Origin: Azolla caroliniana
Lineage: Eukaryota > Plantae > Polypodiophyta
NCBI GenBank assembly: GCA_043228905.1
Contig: JBHGNT010000022.1
Span: 3,968,001 to 4,032,000 of the forward strand
Reading direction: 5' to 3'
Length of the DNA: 64,000 nucleotides
The notes beneath the pieces are model-generated. The model saw only the letters and a list, made by a program, of their open reading frames with translations. It was not told the DNA's origin and searched no databases. The translations under genes and the position numbers were made by a program. Shown here one piece after another: positions 13,467 through 24,160 of the stretch (the first letter of the stretch is position 1; each line of letters begins with the position of its first letter).

Positions 13467-16400
13467 CTATTCTTCGTCCAAAATGTCCAGAATGCTTTGT
13501 TCAAGAGGCTCCAATGGTTCATCTGGAAGTGGTTGTTGTTGTTGTTGTTGTTGTTGCTGTTGCTGCTCTGTTGCAGTCTGCTGCGGCGGGTCCGTTAGTG
13601 GTTGCTGTGGCTGCTCCTCCGATTGTGGCTCTGACACCGACGTCTCCGTCGTTGCTCCCTGCGTCGTAGTGGTCTCCGGTTGACTGGTTCCCGGCTGGCC
13701 CTCAGCCGGCGACGGTTCCTCATCACTAAGGTTAACCGTTGCCGCTTCCCGTGCTTTTTCTTCCCGCACCCGGGACCGCTCGTAGCTTTCAAACTGGATT
13801 TGAGCGTCCAACCTATCATCGTCCAGCTGAGCTACGAGCTGCCTGACCTGCGCCAGCTGTTCATCTGCCAGGACTTGGATGTCGTCGGCCAGCTCGTCCC
13901 GAATGGCGGTGAAGTCCTCGGAAGTCAACGTATAACAATCATCTCCTTCCTTCCGCCGGTTTGCCACATCCGCCCGTAGCAACTGGAGTTCCGCCGCGTT
14001 TTGTGCCCACTTTGTCCACCATTTTATGGAGCTTTCATCAATCAAGTGTTTTGTCTAATTTAGCCATGCCCGGAGGATGGACTGAATCCGGCTCGTTCCC
14101 AATTGCGATTTGGTTTCCGCCGCTTGCCGTTCCTCCTTCAGTTGTTTGATGATTTTGACGTTGTCCTCCGCCTGCGCCTTGTAATGCGTCAATTGCCTTT
14201 GATATGTGCTTTGTAATTTCTGCAATACTGTTGACGCTCTCTCTTTGTCTTCCTGCTGCTGCCTCTGGAGCTCCATCCGGACCTTCTCCGCCTCGTCCAA
14301 GCGTCTTGTATTTTCCGCCCGTTCGTCGGCGATCGCCGTCGCGGCCCGATCAATTGCCTGCTGGAGCTCGGCCATCCGTTCTTTATGCTCCGTTTCCAGC
14401 CGTTTGTAGTCCCGGTGCAGGTGCTCAAAATCATCCGTCTTTTGCTTGAGCCGTGCGTTGATCTGACGACGGGGCCGGTCCTCGCGGTCCTTCTACTGGC
14501 GGAGCTCTTCCTTTAGCCGTTCAATCTCTGTTTCCGCCGTTTTCCGCAGCTTGTCCTTTTCCTGCAGCACTTTGTCTTTCTCCTCCTTTAGCCGGTCGTA
14601 CGCTTGATGGCCTTTCCGGAGGCTCTCCTCTGACCGGCGGAGGTTCTCAGCAGTCTTCTTTAATTTGGCTTCGGCCGCCGTCTTCAATTCTCGTTCACGA
14701 CTCCTTAGCGCTTCTTTTGCGGGAAGTTCCTCTCTCAATTCCGCAAGCTCCTGAGCTTGCGCCGCATCTCTCGCCGGAACGGTTTCCGTTGCCGGGGTCT
14801 TATTGCTATGTACAGGTCGTTCCGTTTCTTTATTCTGTACACTTACCGGAGTCACCGGTGATTGGATCCGTATTTTGGCCATCTCTGTCGTGACCTGATC
14901 CAAGTCTTTTTCAAGGCACCGGATTCTGGACCGGGCCGTCTCTAGTTGTTCGGTTGTGACAAGCAACCGTTCGCTTTGCGCTCTTTCTTCCGCCTCTATA
15001 TACCCCACTGCTCCGGCTATCTGTTCGCCTATCCACCGGAGCCACAGGCTACCGGTGCCTTGTTGTGCTTGCACGGAGGTTTGACAGATGGGTTCACTTG
15101 TAGAGGGGTGGTCCTGCCTGGTCGCGCCGAGTTGCAGTTCCGTTTCTGCCCGTGGACCATCCTGCTGTCCTTGTTCCCCTTGCGCTTCTTCTTGGCTGAC
15201 CGAGGGAGGCTGCAGTGACCTTTCCGGCTCTAGCGGGATGGGACTTGCCGGTGTTGCCGGTGGTGCCGGGGCTTCTGTTTCCGGTGCCATCTGCACTGGT
15301 TCCGGTTCCTTCCTTGGCGTGGGAGTCTCAGTATAGGGAGCCGGTGTTCCCTCCGTCTGAGGGTCCGAACGTTTCCCGGCTGTCTCAATGGTCCTTGCCG
15401 ACGACTGTCGCTGGAGGTGCTCCGTAGGCTCCTCCTCTATTTCCTCCTCCTGAGCTCCGGCATTGAGTTTTGCCGCCAAGGGGTCCGCTTCTCGATTCAC
15501 TGGTCGGCGGAGTGTGACCTTTACGGGCCGTGCCGGTGGTTCCTCCTGCGCCTCCGTTGGGCGCTTCCGGCTGCCGCCTCCTGCTGCCGCCTGTTCTGCA
15601 TCTGCCGCCTTTCCCTTAGTGGCCTTCGAGGCCAACAATTGTTGCCGTTTGGAAGCTGTCCTTGGTGTGCCGTCCGGCACTCTTCCTCGCTTCTTGGGCT
15701 GGACTGTCTGAACGGGTGGCACCAGCAAGGTGAGCCACTACGTTACGGCGTGCCATATCCTTCGTCCGTCTCAGCCTTCTTTGCTGTCTTTGCCTCTGAT
15801 GATCTCGATCGCCGCACACAACCCGTCTGCGATCAAGATCATCAGAGGCCAATCCACCTTGATCCCTTCATAGGTGGCGATGATCATCCCTGCCCGGTTC
15901 TGCGGCATGACAGGGGGTCTAGGATACACGTGGCCGTATTCATGGAGCACACGAGCAATTTCGCGGAACAACATATCTCCGCCGCCCTGTGTCCGGTAGC
16001 CCTTGTTGGCTAGAGAGTACTCACCAAAATACCTGATGAGTTGCTCCGGGGTTGGATTGTCGATCGTGAGTATGCCTCCCTCCGGAAGGCCTGTTAACGC
16101 TCGAATCGCCTCTGCCGTTATGACCTTTGTATCGATCTCCTTAATCACTTTGTCGGCTTCTTTGTGTGGCGGTACTTCCATCACCATCAAGAAGCCCTCG
16201 AGCCCGTGTAGCTTCAGCCATGTCTTGGCGGCTTCCGACAATGTTTGCGGGTCCATTTCTGTGTCGGGGTCGGATTGCGGTGGCGAGGATGGATGGTGAT
16301 GAGAGTGGGGTTGAGAAAGAGAGAGTTCAGAAGGCGGGGGTTCTCTGTGCGCAGGTTCTCGTCTGATGATCTTGCAACGTCTTGGTGCTTCTGTGCTCCT

Positions 16401-16478
16401 GGGTTCGCGAAAGTAGAGGGTCTCTACGCGCAATGGTTTTTGTCTGTGCATTCTAGCGCCTTTTTCGAGTGTGTGCAT
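13467..16478 (-). pseudogene. Extra sense ORF of element B (~1000 codons): globular N-terminus, Pro/Glu-rich linker, coiled coils, polyQ tail
   Basis: The ORFs 15771-16478, 14493-15728, 14055-14375 and 13467-14045 are all in one frame, broken by in-frame stops. Confidence 0.8.
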
Positions 16479-16631
16479 GTCGCGTACTTAAAATAGCATT
16501 ATGTCTTGTGGTGGCGCTTTAAATGCCCACTACGTACCTTTTCGCTTCTCGTTCTTTCATCCATTCATTCCTCGCTTTTGCATGATTGTTTTTTTTTTTT
16601 TTTTCCAGTTATTATTATTATTAGTGTGACG

Positions 16632-19600
16632 TCACTTGTCTGTTGGTCCTCTCGGACCCTTACCGGCCTCATTCTCTCCGGTTCCCGGCTTGCCGTCTCT
16701 GCCGTCTTGGTGGTTGCCGTCGGTCCTTTGCTCAAACGGGTTCTTAGGCATCGGTCCTCTATATGCCTTTAACCGGAATCCGTTGACCCATTTGCCTAGC
16801 ACTCCCGTGTTAGCCAATATGGTCCGGTCCATCTAAACCTTAGTTTACCCGGCATCTTGCCCATCTGAGTTTGGAATACTAACACCAGTTTGCCGATTGC
16901 GAACATTTTTTCGTTACCTTTCCTGTGCCGGTCGACGAATGCTTTCCGTCGCCGTTGCTCCAATTCTAAATGTAGGATGCTGGCCAACCATTGTTCCTCG
17001 AGCTCACACAGCGCTGTCAACCTTATTGTCTCCGACTCCTTCTCGTTCAGCCGTTCTCGTAGCTGGATCCGTAAGCTAGGTACTTGGAATTCTACCGGCA
17101 TGACCGCCTCGAGTCCGAACGCCAACCGGAACGGTGTTGTTCGGATGCTTGTTTTGTATGCCGTCCGGTATGCCCAAAGCGCGCTATGTAGCTTTGTGTC
17201 CCAATCCGTCCGGTTTTCGTTGACGATCTTCCGAAGGATATTCTGGAGCGTCTTGTTTGTTGATTCCGCTAATCCGTTCGCCTGTGGATAGTAAGGTGTG
17301 CTTCGTTTGTGGACCACGACATAGAAGGTCGTTAGGCTTTCCACTACTTGTCTGAGAAAGTGCCCCCCTTGGTCACTTATCAATTCAATGGGGCATCCGT
17401 AACGGCACCAAATGTACTCCTATAGAAACTTTGCCGTTGACGCAATGGTGTTATCCCGTAAAGCTTTGGCCTCCACCCATTTCGTGCAGTAATCTCGTTT
17501 ACCCGTTCTCATTGCCGGTGGCTTGAACGGTCCTACAAAGTCCAGCCCCCACTTTTGGAATGGCTCGAGTGGTAGTACCGGCTGGTGTGGCATACGAGCC
17601 TGCTCCGTTGGCTGGCCCATTCTCTGGCATAGGTCACATTCTTTTGCGTACCGTACCGCATCTCTTAATGTCGTTGGCCACCATAGGCCACTTTGCCATA
17701 TTTTTCTGGCCGTCGCATCTCCGGCATAGTGACCTCCGGCAACTCCACAGTGGGCTTCCCTCAGTATCAGTTCCTTTTCATCGCTGCGCACCGCCCGTCT
17801 CCATATGTGGTACAATGTGTCTTGTAGTAAGCAGAAATGTCGGCTTTGCACCGCCAGGCATTTCCGTTCGTCCCGGTTCAGCTCTTCCGGAGGTAGTCTT
17901 GTGCTCAGAAACTGGTGCATATTTGTGAGCCACTTGTCTTCCTGGGTCACCGTCTCATCTACTGCCGTCTCCGTAGTGACTCGAAACAGCTCCGCATCCG
18001 GAAACTCATCCGGTACTCCGTCACCAGTCTCTCCGGACTCCAATCGGCTTAAGTAATCCGCTACGGCATGCTGTATACCGGGTCGGTGGAATATTTCAAA
18101 CTCGAACTCTTGTAACAATAAGGTCCACCGGGCCAATTTGCCGGTGAGTGACGCCTTGGACACCAGGTAAAGGAGTGCTGAATGATCTACATGGAAGGAA
18201 AACTTCCTTCCCAATAAATAGTGCCGAAACTTTGTCACACTGTAGATCATCCCTAGAGCTTCCCGTTCCGTGGTAGAGTAGTTTCGTTCTGCTTGGGATA
18301 GCTTTCGGCTGGCATAGTACACTGGCTGGTACCACTTTGGCTCCGTAAGCTGCATAAGTACGCTTCCGATTGCGATGTCGGAGGCGTCCACGAACACGTG
18401 AAATTCTTTACTCCAATCCGGAGGTTGTACTACCGGTGCCTGCGACAATAGTACCTTGAGGGCCTTATACGCCCTATCCTTAGTGTCGGTCCACTGGAAT
18501 GGTGTCCGATGTACGACGGCATGCAACGGTGTAGCCAGGTTGGCCAAGTATCGGAGCATCCGGCTGTGCCACCGGATCTGGCCTAAGAACCGGCTTAATG
18601 CCTGTGCCGTTGCCGGCGCCGGTGCTTCTAATATGGCTTTCACTTTGTCCGGGTCGACTGCAATACCTTCCTGGCTCACAATATGTCCTAATAAAGTTCC
18701 ACTGCACACGCCAAATACACACTTTGCCGGATTCAAGCTTAGCCGGTACGCTCTACACTTTTCTAGACAAAGACGGAGGTGCTGAAAATGGTCCTCCTCC
18801 CGGCTATAGACGGCGAAATCGTCAAGGAAAACCTGCATAAAAGCCGGTATATATTCACCAAAGATTTCCATGATGATTCGTTGAAATGTTGCCGGTGCCA
18901 TTTTGAGTCCGAACATCATTACCACGGCCACAAAGACCCCCCATTCGGTGACGAATGCCGTTTTCTCTTGGTCGTCGGGGTGCATCCGGATCTGATTATA
19001 CCCGCTGAATCCGTCTAAGAAGCTATAGACCTCATGGCCGGCGACGACATCCAACACTCCATCTGTGAACGGAAGTGGAAATGTATCCGTTACCGTAGCC
19101 GCATTGAGTTTCCGGTAGTCCACGCAAACTCGAATTTTCCCGTTCTTCTTCGGTACGACTACGAGCGGGCTCAGCCATGTCGCTTTCTTTACCGGATGGA
19201 TAAAGCCAACTCTTAGCAGTTTGTCGATTTCTTCCTTGACCTTGGCGGCGTAATTGGGATTCATCCGGTACCGTCTTTGTGCCACTGGTTTTGCGTCCTT
19301 GCTCAAGTGCACTTGATGCTGGTATAACTGAGGGTCGAGTCCTCGCATGTCTTCGTATGACCAGGCGAAGACGTCGCGAAATTCCGTGAGAAGTGTTATC
19401 ATCGCCGTTTTGTCTCCGGACTTCATCTCCTTGGCGATGTGCACCGGTTTTGCTTCGTCCGTGGTGCCTAAATTCACCTCTTCCAGTTGCGATGCTTTTA
19501 CGCGTTGTGAAACGGCCATTTCCCGTTCCAACGCTTCCTATGCTTGCCGTAACTCCCGGATTGCGTCTTTATCCGGTTCTGCTTCAGCCTCTTCCGGTTG

Positions 19601-22350
19601 CGGTAAGTATGGTGCTACTGCTTCCGCAATGTCAATTTCGAAGAGGGGTATGATCTTCGGGTTTTCCTGCAGGTATTGAGCTTCTTCTTTGTCCGCTAAC
19701 CCTTCTAGCATGTTGACGCGTTCCGCATACAACGGTGTACATTCCTTGCCAGTGCTCGTCCTTGGCTGTGTTGGTACCCGTACCTTGGCTTTTCCTCGCC
19801 GGAAGGTAATTATATTTTTTCACCAATTTTGTTTGATATGTGCCGTTTTCAACCATGGCCGCCCCAGCAATAGCGGGTATGCGCCTTGTGCCTGTAATTG
19901 TAGCACTACGGCCGAGATGTGAAATGTATGACCGCCGACGGTGACTTCTAATTTCCGTATTAATCCTGTCGGCCGCACTGAGCTTGTATCGGCCATCCGC
20001 AACCAGAACGGACACGGCTCCCACTCGTGGATTCCTAGGTTATCACACATCCGGAGGCTTATTACATTTACCCCAGAGCCTCCGTCTATAACTGTGCCGG
20101 GGAGTTCTTTCCCTTTTACAATGGCAGTGATTACCGGACTGCTGGTGTCTACCACTGTTGGTCCCTCCTCCGGATTCGAGAAGAGTACCGGTGCCGGTGA
20201 TGGTTCTCTTGCCGTCATGGCCGTCTTCAGTCCTTCCGTGAATCTTGGCACGAGCTGTAGGAGTCTTCCTAGTGGTAACGTAATCTGGCATTCTTGCAAC
20301 GCCTGCCATGTCTCGTTCTCGGAGTGACTGCCGCCGGCAAGCCCTGCGGTGTTCTCCTTTTGCTGCTGTAAGTCTGTGACATTCTGCTCGTTTGCTTTCT
20401 TTACCCATTCCGTTGCTTGTTTCCGGATGGTCTCCTGTCTCTCCCATTCTTTGGCCATGCCCTTCGACCTTGTGGTCACCTGTTGTAGGTCTGCCACCTC
20501 AGGGACTACCATATTTACCGCTGGTCGTTTTTCATAGCTCTTCACCGGGCATTGGTTACTATAATGGCCTTCCTGTCGGCAGTAGTAGCAGTAGGCCTTC
20601 CGGGTATTTCTAGATTCGGCATTGTCTATTGTACCCGGGGCAGGTCCTACGGCACGCGCGGGGTTTTGTACTGGTTGGCTACTCGGAGCTCCTTGTTCCG
20701 GATCCGGGGGGTAGCCGCCTTTTTTAAAATGCCGTTTTTTGTTATAGCTCTTCTTATTACGGTACTCTTGACGGGGTTGCCCGTTATATCTGCCGTATTC
20801 CTCTCGTTGCTGACGATACCCGGGGGAGTGCTCCCGGTCGTAGTGTTCGTATCGTCTATTGTAATCCTGGTACCGATCATGCCGGTCATAGTTATCCCGC
20901 CGATCACCGTACTGGACATCATTTTCCCGTCGATCGCCATACCGGACATCATTTTCCCGTCGCTCGCCATACCGGACATCCTGTGCCGGTCGGTCACGGT
21001 CCATTCGCCGCCAGCGTTCGTCTTCTTCATCCTGGCTGATGCGTGGCTCAATTTGTCGGACGGGCGGTGCTTGCCGATTCAACAGATTATACTCGCACCT
21101 ATCCGTCGTATGGCTCTTGGATTGACAGATTACACATTGCGTCCTCATAGTGCATTCTAGAGCCGAGTGTCCAGAATTCAAGCAGGTTGTGCACTGTATT
21201 GCTTGCCGAAACCGGAGGTCTTCATCGGACGGTAACGCCCGTTGAAGTGCTCCCAGTGTGAGCCAGGAGCTTGTCTTTTCCATCTCTCTCACCCGGTCAA
21301 TGACCTGGTCGATGGTACTTGTGCGGAAGTCGATTACCGTGCAAACCGTGCGTAGGGGTTCCCGGAGCGCGTTTAGGAATATCGTCCGTAATTCCTCCTC
21401 CGGGGGTGCACGGGCAAGCTGACTATGCATCCGTTGAAACCGGATGACAAATTGGGGAATGCTCTCCCCTGCCTCTTGCCGGATGGTATAAAATAAGCCT
21501 ACCATTACGGTCTGGTCCACCTCCTTTTGAAAAAAATGCAAGAATTTAGCTTTTAAATCTGCAAAGGTGTTGATGGTAGACGGGTCCTACGTCCGACGCG
21601 ATCTTGCTGCCGGTCCCTCCAATGTGACGCCAAACTCTGCTATCTTAGAGCGTTCTTCTTCCTCCGGTGTCAATCGTTGGGACACATGGTTGGCTTCCCA
21701 TGTCTGTTCAAAGGCGTGCACATGAGCTTCCGCGTCCGGATCATCTCTATACTTGGAGTACTGGAACGGCATGTCGTCGTCTGGTATCGGTGCGCGGGCT
21801 GGTAGTGTTGGTGCTCGTTCCGGAATTTTCTCCGGTGTCGGTGGTCTTTCCTGATTTGATTCCGGTGTCGGTTGTTTCTCTTCCTTTGGTGACGGAGGCC
21901 TCTCCTCTTCGACTTCCGGTGTCGGAGGTCGTTCTTCCTCTGCTGGTTCCGGGGGTTCCAGTGTTAGCACTTCCGGTTCCGGTTCCGGTTCCGGTATCCG
22001 ATCCTTCGTCCTCCGGTCCGCCCGGGGTTTCGTTGCTGCTACGGTAGTTCGTGTGCACGCTGTATTCCTCTTCGGAGTCCGATTCATATGCTGAAAAGGC
22101 CTCTGCTTCGCCTTCTCCGTTTGCCAACGCGTGGAGAAGGGATTCGGTTTCCCGGAGGCTGCTTAGGCTGCTGCCGTCGTCCGGGTGCGATGTTTGCTGT
22201 AACCAGAGGGAGTCCTCCGCTACTCTCCGGATTACGTTGGAAAACGAGCGATCCGCTCTAATTTCCTGCGCCGCTTGCTGGAAAGCCTCGCGTCTCCTTT
22301 GCCTTTCGGCAAGGCGTCGAGTTCGATCTGTAACCAGGTCGTGCGTTGAT
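16632..22350 (-). pseudogene. gag-pol of element B (gag with 3 CCHC knuckles, protease, RT, RNase H, integrase)
   Basis: Knuckles CTTCLNSGHSALEC, CVICQSKSHTTDRC and CYYCRQEGHYSNQC; protease VIDGGSGVN; RT QVFLDDF; RNase H FVDASD; integrase HHCC and ISDQG. The ORF pieces from 22087 to 16796 share one frame with premature stops. Confidence 0.93.
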
Positions 22351-22394
22351 CTAGACATCCATCCGTGCCGTCGTTCGCTGCAAAAACAGGAATC

Positions 22395-22404
22395 GTGGTC
22401 GCCA
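22395..22404 (-). promoter_or_regulatory. PBS of element B (tRNA-Arg(UCG)-type)
   Basis: TGGCGACCAC lies 7 nt downstream of the 5' LTR on the gag-pol strand. Confidence 0.65.
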
Positions 22405-24160
22405 AAAACTGTGTTAACTCTTCGGGCCGGACAATGGCCTAACACAGGGTGTCTACGGGAGACACTTCACCAAAGGGGGTTACGGCAACCAGATTAGACT
22501 TCAACGCTTAATCCGACTTAATTAAGTTACTTATTAGGATCGTCTTTCATAACACGCGTAAGATATAACAATTAAGACAGAACGGCAATTAACATAGAAA
22601 GATAACAACGCTTAAGCTTTCATTAATTAACCGCTAACTATTACATTGTATCCGGGCCTTTAAATAGGTTTCCGGTCTGTATTACAAAACGGTGCCATCT
22701 GCACCTGTTCGGGATCGGCCCGGATCCGGAACGGCATACCATTTCCGGTCCGTCCGTCCACACTCATAGCTTAATTACAACCACATTCCTACTACTTAAT
22801 TAGCTCTCCGTTTCCCACTCTGGACTCCTTTGCCAGTCGGTAACAATTTGTTCGTTCTGCTTGTCCGTCTGTTTGAGGGTGATAGCCGGAGGAGAGGTTA
22901 CAAGTGACCGTAAGCATTTTGAAGAGATGCTTCTAGAATTTCGAGACGAATTGAGGTCCATGGTCGCTGACAATACTATACGGGAGGCCATGGTGCCGAA
23001 ATACCTCATGCATGACAACTTTGGTGGTTTCTTCATTAGTGATTGCCTTAGTACAAGGCAGGCAATGTCCCATCTTAGTATATCGATCTACTATTGTTAT
23101 GATCGCACCGAATCCCTTTGAAACTAGAAGATTTGTGATAAAATCTAGAGAATGGATTGCCACGGCTTGCTTGGAAGTGGTAATGGTTCTAATAAACCAT
23201 ATGGATGATGCCTTGGCATTTTTTCTCTACAACATGTATCACAAGTACGAACAAAATCTTCGACAAATTGTCGCATACAGAGCCACCAAAATGATCATTG
23301 TACTAAATTCAACGTTTTAGTACTACCAAAATGTCCAGTTGTATGTGTCATGACAATTTTGGATTACTCGAAGGCGACAAGAATCATTGGGAACATACAA
23401 GAGTTTCTTAAAGAATAATAATCCATCATGATATTTGAATTGTTGATAGTTCGTACCTGGTTTTTGTGACTGTGAACAGGTTGTCCGCGAGGAATCAAAA
23501 TTTGCGCTAAAATGGCTTGAGCGAAAGTGTTTGTCTTCAAGTCTTCACGTATGGTCTCGATAATATGGTGTCGTAGTGTGAATCACACACTACGTGAAAT
23601 ATGTAAAATACTATATCCGATTTAAAGTACGTATAATAAATAAAATAAAATATTAAAATAAACATATTTATTACGTGCATAGGGCAAGATTCAAACCCTA
23701 TACCTCCACGTAGACAAACCTCAACCTTACCATTGTACTAACTTATCCTTGGTGTTTTAAATAGATTTAATACCTATAAGACCTTTATTTACGCCTGCCT
23801 TTATTAAAAGCTAAACCATGCATTTTTAGAGTGTGTGAATACTTTATAAACCAATAAAAAAATACTCGTGCACATCTAGCGTGCATGAGCACTATATTTA
23901 GGAAATAGAAGTATAGTGGAAAAGAGAACTCATGCACATTTAGTGTGCATGAACACTTTTAGGAAAAGTAGGAAGCTATGCTTAGTCTCTCCTATCCTTA
24001 TATAAGGAGGAGAGAAATATGTATAAGGTTGTTGATTATTTTACAAGGGTTGATTAATATAATATATTCGTGGGATTCATGAATTTGCCAACTATTTTTC
24101 TCTCTTAATCTGAGTACTCACTAATACACTATACTCATGGGATTCACAAGTTTTTCATAT

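Larger units (their letters stand above)
12979..22845 (-). mobile_element. Element B: non-chromovirus Ty3/gypsy with a single gag-pol frame and a large extra ORF
   Basis: 434-bp LTRs at 12979-13412 and 22412-22845 (TG...CA, roughly a dozen differences by eye). TSD ATTTG on both sides. Confidence 0.95.

Noticed and set aside
13414-13683. Poly-Cys ORF on the plus strand
   Set aside because: It is the antisense shadow of the (CAA/CAG)n polyQ tract in element B's extra ORF.
20890-20985. 30-bp tandem repeats as a regulatory array
   Set aside because: They are in-frame coding repeats (DVRYGDRREN) within element B's gag, a common low-complexity expansion.
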